From contig OZ243916.1 in assembly GCA_965213675.1 (NCBI GenBank), positions 736,001 through 800,000 of the forward strand: a DNA stretch of 64,000 bases. The letters are read 5' to 3'. The notes under the pieces were generated by a model. That model made no database searches. It was not told where the DNA came from and was given only the letters and a program-made list of their open reading frames with translations. Source of the DNA: an uncultured Candidatus Binatia bacterium. Its GTDB lineage: Bacteria; Desulfobacterota; Binatia; UBA9968; JAJDTQ01. Within the stretch, counting starts at the first letter, position 1. Each line of letters begins with the position of its first letter. Of the stretch, positions 1-8,504 are shown one piece after another. The translations under genes and the position numbers were made by a program.

Positions 1-176
1 CGCTTGGTTTCGAGAATGAAGAAAGCCTCGGCTGACTCACGGTGAAGTCCTGCGGCGGAGAAGGGCTCGCCGAGGGAGAATTCCTCGGCGATATCCGCCA
101 GTTTTCTGGCGTTGGGCTGGGCGAATACGTCAGCGAGGATCTGCCGTTCCGACGGTTTCTCGTGCGTGGACAACAT
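1..176 (-). CDS. Hypothetical protein, N-terminal part only (runs off the window)
   Basis: ATG at 176-174 on the minus strand; frame open to the window edge (MLSTHEKPSERQILADVFAQPNARKLADIAEEF...); promoter-like TTGACA...TAGGAT upstream. Confidence 0.55.
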   Translation of the reverse strand, partial: MLSTHEKPSERQILADVFAQPNARKLADIAEEFSLGEPFSAAGLHRESAEAFFILETK

Positions 177-185
177 ATGGCGCCT

Positions 186-213
186 ATCCTATTCCGTTGA
201 GACAATATGTCAA
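186..213 (-). promoter_or_regulatory. Candidate sigma70 promoter for the leftward gene
   Basis: Minus strand TTGACA (213-208), 16-nt spacer, TAGGAT (191-186). Confidence 0.4.
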
Positions 214-543
214 GAAACTTGTCAACAACCTGTCAACAGCACTTCCCGGACCCGTCGCGCCTGATGGCGTTTCATGGCGCGGCCTGGGTATCGAACGGCT
301 CATGATGGAACATAGACGCACTTTCCGTGCCAACCTCAAGTAGGCGAAATTGCGGCATATTTTCCCGCCGGGCTCGACGATATTGTCGCGCCAGGCTGGC
401 AGTTTTCTGGAATCTCCTTATTTTTCAACAAGTTATGGATTTCGACTTTTCTGTCGACCCGTTGAGGCCATGCGCGACGCGTTTGTCGTCCGCATTGCGG
501 TCCGACTTCCATGAAGATAGGATGAAAGCAAGGAGGATCGGCC

Positions 544-864
544 ATGGGCGAAGATGATGCCAGCGACGGCCTCGATGGCTCAGGTGTCGAAGGTGCGACC
601 GACGAGGAATCGCCGGATCTCTACTATCACGGGATCATCCGGCGCCTCTCGCACCGCAAGAACAACGGCGTGGTCCGCACCGCCAGCGGCCGGGACGTGC
701 GATTTTCCTATCAGATGGTGCGCATGTTCGGCCCGGTGAACTCCCCCAAGGGTCTCAAGGAAGGCATGGTGGTGGGTTACGATCTCGGTTGGACCGGACA
801 CGGGCTGCGAGTCACCGCGATACGGACCTATCCGCGACCAGAATACCAGCCGCGGGAGGAATGA
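544..864 (+). CDS. Small hypothetical protein, possibly cold-shock/OB-fold-like
   Basis: AGGAGG RBS upstream; YYHGIIRRL..NNGVVRT..GRDVRF..LKEGMVVGYDL resembles the cold-shock domain strand pattern. Confidence 0.6.
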   Translation: MGEDDASDGLDGSGVEGATDEESPDLYYHGIIRRLSHRKNNGVVRTASGRDVRFSYQMVRMFGPVNSPKGLKEGMVVGYDLGWTGHGLRVTAIRTYPRPEYQPREE

Positions 865-1052
865 CGGTCCACGTAAACGAAGCCCCGGCGTCCCGGCTTC
901 AGGGTGACACTGAAGTGGACGGGACGCCAGCGGGATTCCGTGCGATGGCCGCCGCGTTGTTCACCCTGAACCGTTCGACATGCTCGGGACGAGTGCCGCC
1001 CGGCGCGGTGGAAGGGCGCTGGCCCAGGAGTTGGCGGACGTCGATCAGAGTT

Positions 1053-1880
1053 TCACCAGGGTACCGTTCCACCCGCAAGGGCGAGGATGTGGCTCGACAG
1101 CAGTTCTCCCACGAATACCCCGAGCAGAGCGATGTAGAACAGCCCCGTGGCGGCCATGGTGTTCTTGTAGTCCTTCAGGGTCTTCCAGATCATCCAGGAC
1201 AGTGCCAGCGGCGCGGCCTGGGCCACCACGAAGCGTGAAGACAGCAGCATCAGGTGGTGGCTGAAAAGCCGTTCCACGTTGGCCTCCGTGGCGGCGGTTC
1301 CGAACAGGTAAAGCAGGGCCGCCCCGATGATCTCCAGACCGGTCTGAATGATCAGCATGGCGACAAAGAAGCGAAAGACGCGAAAGAACGGTTCGAGGCT
1401 CTGACCCGTTTCGATCAGGTACCAGTGACCGATCAACATGCCCACCGTGACGGCGCCCAACAGCAAGGCCGACACGACGAAGCTCAACGGCAGGAATACC
1501 GCTTCCACCGGACCCAGGGTCGGGCCGGAGAAGCCGTAGGAAGCCACCATCAGGCCGGCGAGCCCGGTCAGTATGGCGGTGGAGAAGAAGCGCGCGCGCA
1601 GAAAGCCGCGTTCTCCCCAGAGTGAGACGAAGTACAGAACCAGAAAGAGCGTGAAAACCGCCAGCAGAATCACGCCCAGCACACCGCGAACCCCGCTTTG
1701 TGCAGGGAGAATATCGATCTGCCCCCACAGCGCCAGCACCGCGGCCACCACGAGCACGCCCGCGGTGGACTTGTAGAACCCCCGCTCCAGATCGTTGAAC
1801 GGCGTCGCCGAAAGACCCACCAGCCCGCCCACCGCGACCTGGTAGAGAAACATCACGAACGCCGCGCCGTAAGGGTTCAT
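1053..1880 (-). CDS. Uncharacterised polytopic membrane protein (about 8 TM, MLIGHWYL motif)
   Basis: Hydrophobic C-terminal 275 aa of ORF 1053..2519; ATG at 1880 overlaps the ubiE stop (ATGA). Confidence 0.8.
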   Translation of the reverse strand: MNPYGAAFVMFLYQVAVGGLVGLSATPFNDLERGFYKSTAGVLVVAAVLALWGQIDILPAQSGVRGVLGVILLAVFTLFLVLYFVSLWGERGFLRARFFSTAILTGLAGLMVASYGFSGPTLGPVEAVFLPLSFVVSALLLGAVTVGMLIGHWYLIETGQSLEPFFRVFRFFVAMLIIQTGLEIIGAALLYLFGTAATEANVERLFSHHLMLLSSRFVVAQAAPLALSWMIWKTLKDYKNTMAATGLFYIALLGVFVGELLSSHILALAGGTVPW

Positions 1881-2635
1881 GGCTCCCATGTCTTCTGCCC
1901 CGGCCTTCCCCCGGGCTTGGCCGCGACGTGAAGACAGACCGCGCCGCGCAGGTACCGGTGGATGCGGGTTTCCGCGAAACCGGCCGCGGCCAGCGTCTGC
2001 GCCACGGTGTCCGGCGCTACGAAGGACCGCACGGAGTCCGACAGATAACGGTAGGCGGAGGGGTCGCCGCTTACCACGCCGCCGATGCGCGGCATGAGTC
2101 GCCCGAAATAGAGCCAGTACAGATGGGAGAAAAGCCCGCGGGGCGGCGGAAACATATCCAGCGACGCCACCTGTCCGCCGGGTCGGAGCACGCGGTACGA
2201 CTCGCGAAAAAACGCTTCCAGGTCCCCCACGTTGCGCAGCACGAAGGCGCTCATGACCGCGTCGAAGGTCCCGCTCTTCACCGGTGCGGCCAGCGCGTGC
2301 GCCAGGACGTAGTCGGCCCGGGACGCCTCCCCCTTGCGCCTGGCCTGCTCCCGGGCGCGCTGGAGCATGGCGTGGGAGAAATCGACGCCCACCACCCGGG
2401 CGCCGGGCGCGAGTTCGCGGCAGGCGTCCAGCGCCAGCGCTCCCGTGCCGGTGCCCATGTCCAGAACCCATGCCGGCCGGCCAGCCAGGCCCAGGGCACG
2501 GATGAGCTTGCGGCGCCACAGCGCGTCGAGCCGGAAGCTGATGATCCGGTTGAGCAGGTCGTAGCGTCCGGCGATGCGATCAAAGATGTTCCGGACCTGG
2601 GTATCGCGGGAGGCAAGCCGGTTGGGCGCGGGCAT
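1877..2635 (-). CDS. ubiE: UbiE/MenG family quinone C-methyltransferase
   Basis: FDRIAGRYDLLN, LDMGTGTG SAM motif, LRNV, AYRYLSDS. Confidence 0.9.
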   Translation of the reverse strand: MPAPNRLASRDTQVRNIFDRIAGRYDLLNRIISFRLDALWRRKLIRALGLAGRPAWVLDMGTGTGALALDACRELAPGARVVGVDFSHAMLQRAREQARRKGEASRADYVLAHALAAPVKSGTFDAVMSAFVLRNVGDLEAFFRESYRVLRPGGQVASLDMFPPPRGLFSHLYWLYFGRLMPRIGGVVSGDPSAYRYLSDSVRSFVAPDTVAQTLAAAGFAETRIHRYLRGAVCLHVAAKPGGRPGQKTWEP

Positions 2636-3711
2636 TAACGATCACGGTCCGTGAGCCGTTGCGCCAGACCCTTGAGGGCGTCTCGCGCAACCGCGTCCGG
2701 CAACTGGTCGATCTCGCGGCACGCCTTGAGAGCGTACTTGCGCGCGAAGCCCCGCGCGCGCTCGATGACGGTGCCGTTGCCCATGGCGTTGAGGGCGCGC
2801 TGGATGTCGTCTTCCGTGGGCTCGGCCGACTGGAACACCTGGGTCACCGCCCCGTGTCCGTCGAGAAGGGAAAGCACGATGGGCAAGGACGGGTTGCCGT
2901 CGCGCAGGTCCATGCCCGTGGATTTGCCCAACAGGTCGCGCCGTCCCACCACATCGAGGACGTCGTCCATCATCTGGAAGGCGATGCCCAGATTGAGACC
3001 GAAGTTCGCCGCCACTTCCACCTGCGAGCACGGCGCGCCGGCGATGTGGGCCCCCAGCCTGGCGCCCGTCTGAAAAAGCGAGGCGGTCTTGCGCTCCACG
3101 ATCTGGAGATAGTCGCGCGCGGTGACCGTGCGATTGCGGTTGAAGGAGCCTTGCAGTATCTCTCCCTCGGTGAGGCTCGTGCACGCGTCCGCGGTCCACT
3201 GCACCACCTGCTCATCGAACTTGCCGGCGAACTCGAACGCCTTGATGAAGAGGAAATCCCCGGTCACGAGGGTACGCGTAAGGCCGTAGCGCTTGTAGGC
3301 GGATTCCTTTCCGCGCCTGAACTCCGCGCCGTCGATGATGTCGTCGTGCAGCAGGGTCGCGGCGTGGATCAACTCCATGGCCGCGGCGATTTCGACGATG
3401 TCCTGTACCCGCTGGCCGTGGAACGCCTTGAAGGCAAGGAGGGTGATGACGGGCCGGATGCGTTTGCCGCCTCCCCGTATCAGATGGGAGGCGATCCGGG
3501 TCAACTCCGGCTCCTTCGAACGGGTGCACTCCGCCAGCTTTTGCTCCACGAGCGCCAACTGGTCGGCGACATAGCCGTAGGGGTCCATCGAGTCGCGGGA
3601 TTCCAGGTGTTCTTCGGCGACGTCCGTCAGAGAAACCTGAAGGTCACTCTCATGGTCTTGCTGTGGCAGAAGGGACTCCGTTTCAGGCTGGTATGATTTT
3701 ACAGATGGCAC
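2635..3711 (-). CDS. Polyprenyl diphosphate synthase (IspB/HepT-like); start may be the ATG at 3588
   Basis: GGKRIRP, LLHDDIID, KTASLF, FQMMDDVLD motifs. Confidence 0.9.
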   Translation of the reverse strand: MPSVKSYQPETESLLPQQDHESDLQVSLTDVAEEHLESRDSMDPYGYVADQLALVEQKLAECTRSKEPELTRIASHLIRGGGKRIRPVITLLAFKAFHGQRVQDIVEIAAAMELIHAATLLHDDIIDGAEFRRGKESAYKRYGLTRTLVTGDFLFIKAFEFAGKFDEQVVQWTADACTSLTEGEILQGSFNRNRTVTARDYLQIVERKTASLFQTGARLGAHIAGAPCSQVEVAANFGLNLGIAFQMMDDVLDVVGRRDLLGKSTGMDLRDGNPSLPIVLSLLDGHGAVTQVFQSAEPTEDDIQRALNAMGNGTVIERARGFARKYALKACREIDQLPDAVARDALKGLAQRLTDRDR

Positions 3712-3804
3712 AAATCGAAAACGAGGTCAACGATGGAGGCGAACGGCGTCGGGCGGACGGGCCGGCCCGTGCGAGCCGGCGGGCGAAACTCTGGAAGCAA
3801 GTGA

Positions 3805-3892
3805 TGGTGCGAAAGGGGGGAATTGAACCCCCACGGGATTGCTCCCACAGGATCCTGAATCCTGCGCGTCTACCAAATTCCGCCACTTTCGC
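3805..3892 (-). tRNA. tRNA-Leu (anticodon CAG)
   Basis: GCGAAAG acceptor stem, CAGGA-TTCAGGA-TCCTG anticodon arm, long variable arm, GGTTCAATTCC T-loop, encoded CCA. Confidence 0.97.
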
Positions 3893-3910
3893 ACGAACGG
3901 GAAACCCCTT

Positions 3911-3970
3911 ATATCTAGCAGCGGACGCGCCCTTGTCAAGTTCACAGGACGCAATCATGTCTGCTACCAT
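3911..3970. promoter_or_regulatory. Candidate back-to-back divergent promoters for tRNA-Leu and valS
   Basis: Minus strand TTGACA at 3939-3934 with TGC-TAGATA; plus strand TTCACA (3941) - 18 nt - TACCAT (3965) preceded by TG. Confidence 0.4.
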
Positions 3971-4015
3971 GCGCTGAACACCGGAATCGGACCCCCAGAC
4001 CGAAAGCACAATTCC

Positions 4016-6772
4016 ATGCCCCGAGAAATCGCCAAGTCCTACAGTCACCAGGAGGTGGAAAGCCGCTGGTACCAGCGCTGGGCCGAAGCCGGGCACTTCG
4101 CCCCCGGTGGCGCGGACGCGCCGTCCTACTCCATGGTGATTCCGCCGCCCAACGTCACCGGTTCGCTGCACATGGGCCATGCCCTGAACAACACCCTCCA
4201 GGACGTGCTGTGCCGCTTCCACCGAATGGACGGACACAACGTGCTGTGGGTCCCTGGCACCGATCACGCGGGCATCGCCACGCAGAACGTGGTGGAGCGA
4301 CAGATCGCCAGCGAGGGACTGAGCCGCGCCGACCTCGGCCGGGAAGCGTTCATCGAGCGTGTGTGGAGCTGGCGCGAGGAGACCGGCGGCACCATCCTGC
4401 GCCAGTTGCGCGCCCTGGGCGTGTCCTGCGACTGGAGCCGCGAACGCTTCACCATGGACGAGGGGCTTTCCCGGGCGGTGCGCGAGGCCTTCGTGCGCCT
4501 GTGGGAGGAGGGTCTGCTCTATCGCGCGGAACGGCTGATCAACTGGTGTCCACGCTGCAAGACGGCGCTGGCCGACATCGAGGTGGTGCACGAGGAGGTG
4601 GACGGGCACCTGTGGCAGGTGCGCTATCCATTGGTGGGGGAAGGTGAGCTGGTGGTGGCCACCACCCGCCCGGAGACCCTGTTGGGCGACACGGGCGTGG
4701 CGGTCCATCCCGAGGACGAACGCCACGCCGGCAGCGTGGGCCGGCGCGCGCGCCTTCCGGTGGTGGGCCGGGAGATTCCGGTGGTGGCGGACGCTTTCGT
4801 GGATCCCGAATTCGGCACGGGCGCCGTGAAGATCACCCCCGGGCACGACTTCAACGACTTCGAGATCGGTTTGAGGAATGATCTCGACGTCCTCAATATC
4901 CTTGACGATGATGCGGCGGTGCGCGGCGAGGCGTTTGTCCAGGGGGACGGTCTGTCGCCGGCGTGGGTCGAGCGTTACGCCGGCCTCGACCGCTACGCCG
5001 CGCGTGAGCGCATCGTGCGGGAGCTGGAGGACACGGGCCTCCTGGCGGGAGTCCAGCCCTACCGCCACGCCGTGGGCCACTGCTACCGCTGCCACACGGC
5101 CATCGAGCCCTACCTCACGCCCCAGTGGTTCGTGAAGATTCAGCCCTTGGCGGACCCGGCCATGGACGCGGTGCGACAGGGCCGTACGCGCATCATTCCC
5201 GAAGGGTGGAAGAATTCGTACTTCGCGTGGATGGAGAACATCAAGGACTGGTGCGTGTCGCGCCAGATCTGGTGGGGCCATCAGATTCCCGCGTGGTACT
5301 GCGCCGATTGCAATCCGTCGCTGGCCGCGGACGGCGCGGGCCGGATCGCGCCGGAATGCGTCCCGGTCGTGGCCCGCGCCGCGCCCGCGCGCTGCGCGAC
5401 GTGCGGCGGCAGCCGCTTCGTGCAGGACCCCGACGTGCTGGACACCTGGTTCTCCTCGGCCCTCTGGCCTTTCTCGACCCTGGGATGGCCGGACAAGACC
5501 GCGGAGCTCGCCGCCTTCTATCCCACGGCCGCGCTCGTGACGGGCTTCGATATCCTGTTCTTCTGGGTCGCGCGCATGATGATGATGGGTCTCAGGTTCA
5601 TGGACGAAGTGCCCTTCCGGGATGTCTACATCCACGCCCTGGTGCGCGACCAGGAAGGCCAGAAGATGTCCAAGTCCAAGGGCAACGTCATCGACCCGCT
5701 GATCATGGTGAACCGCTACGGCGCCGATCCGTTCCGCTTCACGCTGGTGGCCATGACCGCCATGGGCCGGGACGTGAAGCTCGCCGAGGACCGCATCGCG
5801 GGCTACCAGCACTTCGTCAACAAGCTGTGGAACGCCGCGCGCTTTGCGCTCATGAACCTCGACGACGACGTGCTCGCGGAACCCCGCCGCGCGCCCGCGG
5901 ACCTCGCCGGAGCGGACCTGGACCTGGCCGACCGCTGGATCCTGTCGCGCCTCGGGACCACGGTGGAGCGCGCCCGGGAAGCCATCCACGCGTATCGCTT
6001 CAACGACTTCGCGCACCATCTCTACCAGTTCACCTGGCACGAGTTCTGTGACTGGTACATCGAAATGAGCAAGCTGCGCCTCAACAGTGAGGACGGCTCC
6101 CGGACGACCCAGAGGGTGCTGCACACCGTGCTTCGGAGCATCCTGCTGTTGCTCCACCCGTTGATGCCGTTCGTGACCGAGGAGCTTTGGAGCGCGGTCA
6201 CCGCCAGGGATGCGTCGGCGCCGCGCAGCGACGACATCATGGTGCAGGCCTGGCCTGCGGCCACGGACTTCCCCGCGGATGCGGAGGCGGAGGAACAGAT
6301 CGCCTTCCTGAGCGGCATCATCCGCGCGGTGCGGAACCTTCGCACCGAAATGAACGTGCCGCCGTCCAGGAAGGTCCGGGTGGTGCTGTCGGATTCCCAA
6401 GAGCGTCTGGCCCTCGTGCGCGCTCATGAGCCGCTCCTGTGCGCGTTGGCGCGGACGGAGCCGCCGGAGTACGTTGCACAAGGGCGCCGCCCCGAGCGCG
6501 TGGCCACCGCCATCGTCGAAACCACCCACGTCTTTGTTCCCCTGGACGGGGCTGTGAACCTCGAAGAGGAGAGCGCGCGCCTGCACCGCTCCCTTGAGAA
6601 ACTCGAAACCGAGATGGGACGTGCGCGCAACAAGCTTGCCAACGAGAACTTCACCGCCAGGGCGCGGCCGGACGTGGTGGAACGGGAACGCGACAAGGCG
6701 CGGGAGATGGGAGAGAAGATCGAAGCCCTGAACCGCAGCCTGGAGAGGATCCGGGAACTGCAGGCGCAGTGA
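4016..6772 (+). CDS. valS: Valine--tRNA ligase
   Basis: PPPNVTGSLHMGH, DWCVSRQIWWGH, KMSKS, C-terminal coiled coil; ATG at 4016. Confidence 0.98.
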   Translation: MPREIAKSYSHQEVESRWYQRWAEAGHFAPGGADAPSYSMVIPPPNVTGSLHMGHALNNTLQDVLCRFHRMDGHNVLWVPGTDHAGIATQNVVERQIASEGLSRADLGREAFIERVWSWREETGGTILRQLRALGVSCDWSRERFTMDEGLSRAVREAFVRLWEEGLLYRAERLINWCPRCKTALADIEVVHEEVDGHLWQVRYPLVGEGELVVATTRPETLLGDTGVAVHPEDERHAGSVGRRARLPVVGREIPVVADAFVDPEFGTGAVKITPGHDFNDFEIGLRNDLDVLNILDDDAAVRGEAFVQGDGLSPAWVERYAGLDRYAARERIVRELEDTGLLAGVQPYRHAVGHCYRCHTAIEPYLTPQWFVKIQPLADPAMDAVRQGRTRIIPEGWKNSYFAWMENIKDWCVSRQIWWGHQIPAWYCADCNPSLAADGAGRIAPECVPVVARAAPARCATCGGSRFVQDPDVLDTWFSSALWPFSTLGWPDKTAELAAFYPTAALVTGFDILFFWVARMMMMGLRFMDEVPFRDVYIHALVRDQEGQKMSKSKGNVIDPLIMVNRYGADPFRFTLVAMTAMGRDVKLAEDRIAGYQHFVNKLWNAARFALMNLDDDVLAEPRRAPADLAGADLDLADRWILSRLGTTVERAREAIHAYRFNDFAHHLYQFTWHEFCDWYIEMSKLRLNSEDGSRTTQRVLHTVLRSILLLLHPLMPFVTEELWSAVTARDASAPRSDDIMVQAWPAATDFPADAEAEEQIAFLSGIIRAVRNLRTEMNVPPSRKVRVVLSDSQERLALVRAHEPLLCALARTEPPEYVAQGRRPERVATAIVETTHVFVPLDGAVNLEEESARLHRSLEKLETEMGRARNKLANENFTARARPDVVERERDKAREMGEKIEALNRSLERIRELQAQ

Positions 6773-6851
6773 TGCCGGGTACGGCCGCGCCGAAGCCGGC
6801 GCGGGGCCACGTACTCCGGTGAACCCCTCGATTCCGGTGAACCCTTCAATC

Positions 6852-7691
6852 ATGGATTCGGCACAGGGAAAACCCGGCGCGATTTCGGGCGAGGCGTTGA
6901 GCGCCGCGGCGCTCCTGCGCGGCCTGGGCGCCCGGCGCCTCGGGCGCCGGGTGGACGTATACCCGGAGCTGGATTCCACCAACCGCGCCGCCCGTGCGCT
7001 GGCGCAGGCCGGAGAGCCCGAGGGCGCCGTTGTCATTGCCGAGACACAAAGCCGGGGGCGAGGAAGGATGGGGCGGCACTGGGTTTCGCCGCCAAACTGC
7101 AACCTCTACATCTCGTTTCTCCTGCGTCCCGCGCTGGCGCCGGCCGAGTCGGCCAAGATGACGTTGCTCACCGCCGTGGCCTTGGTGGACACCCTGACGG
7201 AACACGTGGCTGCGCCCCGGATCAAGTGGCCCAACGACATCCTGCTGGGGGGGCGCAAGGTGGCGGGCGTGCTGAGCGAGCTGGCGTGCGAAGGCGACCG
7301 GACCCTGTTCGTGATCGTCGGCATCGGCGTCAACCTGAACTACCCGCGCGCGCTCATGCCGCCCGAAATTCGCGAGCGCGCCACCTCGGTCCTGGAAGAG
7401 TCCGGCGCCGCGGTGGACCGCGTGCGCGTGACCCGCTCCCTGATGCGTCACATGGACAAGCGTTACATCGAGTTCCAGGAGCACGGGTTTGCGCCCATCG
7501 CCCGGGGCTGGAACCGGTACGCGCGCATGAAAGGATGCCGCGTGCGGGCGCATACGCCGGACGGCGAGCGGGCCGGACGGGTGCGCGAGCTGGACGGAAG
7601 CGGCTTTCTGGTGCTCGAATGCGAGGGTGGCCGGACCGAGCGCGTGGTGAGCGGGGACGTCTTCCTGCTGGACGGGGCGGAAGGAGCCTAG
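6852..7691 (+). CDS. birA: Biotin--[acetyl-CoA-carboxylase] ligase (no HTH domain)
   Basis: DSTN, QSRGRGRMGRHW, KWPND, KVAGVL motifs. Confidence 0.93.
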   Translation: MDSAQGKPGAISGEALSAAALLRGLGARRLGRRVDVYPELDSTNRAARALAQAGEPEGAVVIAETQSRGRGRMGRHWVSPPNCNLYISFLLRPALAPAESAKMTLLTAVALVDTLTEHVAAPRIKWPNDILLGGRKVAGVLSELACEGDRTLFVIVGIGVNLNYPRALMPPEIRERATSVLEESGAAVDRVRVTRSLMRHMDKRYIEFQEHGFAPIARGWNRYARMKGCRVRAHTPDGERAGRVRELDGSGFLVLECEGGRTERVVSGDVFLLDGAEGA

Positions 7692-8501
7692 ATGTTGCTG
7701 GCCGTGGACATAGGAAACAGCAACATGGTGCTGGGCGTGTACCGGGACCGGGACCTCGTGACCCACTGGCGCCTGCTGACGGAGCCGCAGCGCACGGTGG
7801 ATGAGTACGGCGCGCTCATCGCGCCTCTGGCGGCGGCCCAGGGCATCCGCGGCGACGACATCGACGCCATCATCGTCTCGTGCGTGGTGCCGCCCATGGT
7901 GGGCATGATCGACGAACTGGGCCGGAAGTTCTTCGGCGTCCGGCCGCTGCTCGTGGGGCCGGGTCTCAAGACAGGCATGCCGATTCTCTACGACAGTCCG
8001 CAGGATGTCGGCGCGGACCGCATCGCCAATGGCGTGGCCGCCTATGATCGCTTCGGCGCCGCCTGCGTGGTCATCGATTTCGGCACCGCCACCACCTTCG
8101 ACTGCGTCTCCGACAAGGGCGAGTATCTCGGAGGCCTCATTGCGCCGGGTCTGGTCATCGCCCTGGAGGCGCTGTTCCAGCGCGCGTCGAAACTGCCCCG
8201 GGTGGAGGTGGTGTGCCCGAGCAGCGTCATCGGCAAGTCCACGGTGCACTCCATCCAGTCGGGCATCTACTACGGCTACGTCGGCCTGGTGGACGGCATC
8301 GTGCAGCGCATCGAGCGGGAGAACCGCATCAAGGCGCGCGTCGTGGCCACCGGCGGGGTCGCCTCCCTCATCGCCCACGAATCGACGGTGATCGAGGACG
8401 TGGACGAATTCTTGACCTTGGAAGGGTTACGTCTTATTTACGACAAGAACGCGACTCCGTCACAGCGCAAGCGCAAGACACCGCAAGTTCAAGGAGGTTG
8501 A
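7692..8501 (+). CDS. coaX: Type III pantothenate kinase
   Basis: DIGNSN, GADR, DFGTATT, GGLIAPG, ATGG. Confidence 0.95.
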   Translation: MLLAVDIGNSNMVLGVYRDRDLVTHWRLLTEPQRTVDEYGALIAPLAAAQGIRGDDIDAIIVSCVVPPMVGMIDELGRKFFGVRPLLVGPGLKTGMPILYDSPQDVGADRIANGVAAYDRFGAACVVIDFGTATTFDCVSDKGEYLGGLIAPGLVIALEALFQRASKLPRVEVVCPSSVIGKSTVHSIQSGIYYGYVGLVDGIVQRIERENRIKARVVATGGVASLIAHESTVIEDVDEFLTLEGLRLIYDKNATPSQRKRKTPQVQGG

Positions 8502-8504
8502 TAC

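Noticed and set aside
886-928. Hairpin GGCGTCCCG...CGGGACGCC between convergent genes
   Set aside because: No U-tract on either side and no second copy seen; may be a terminator but cannot be supported.
3805-3892. tRNA-Leu as an integration site
   Set aside because: No duplicated tRNA 3' end or adjacent integrase seen; the flanking genes are housekeeping.
6815-6850. Short tandem duplication TCCGGTGAACCC x2 upstream of birA
   Set aside because: Two 18-nt-period units only; this BirA lacks a DNA-binding domain, so an operator role is unsupported.
3683-7102. 1139-aa minus-strand ORF, and similar long antisense ORFs over carB, miaB, mtnP/pfkB and the adhesin
   Set aside because: Shadow ORFs opposite well-supported genes, expected in high-GC DNA; no recognisable motifs.
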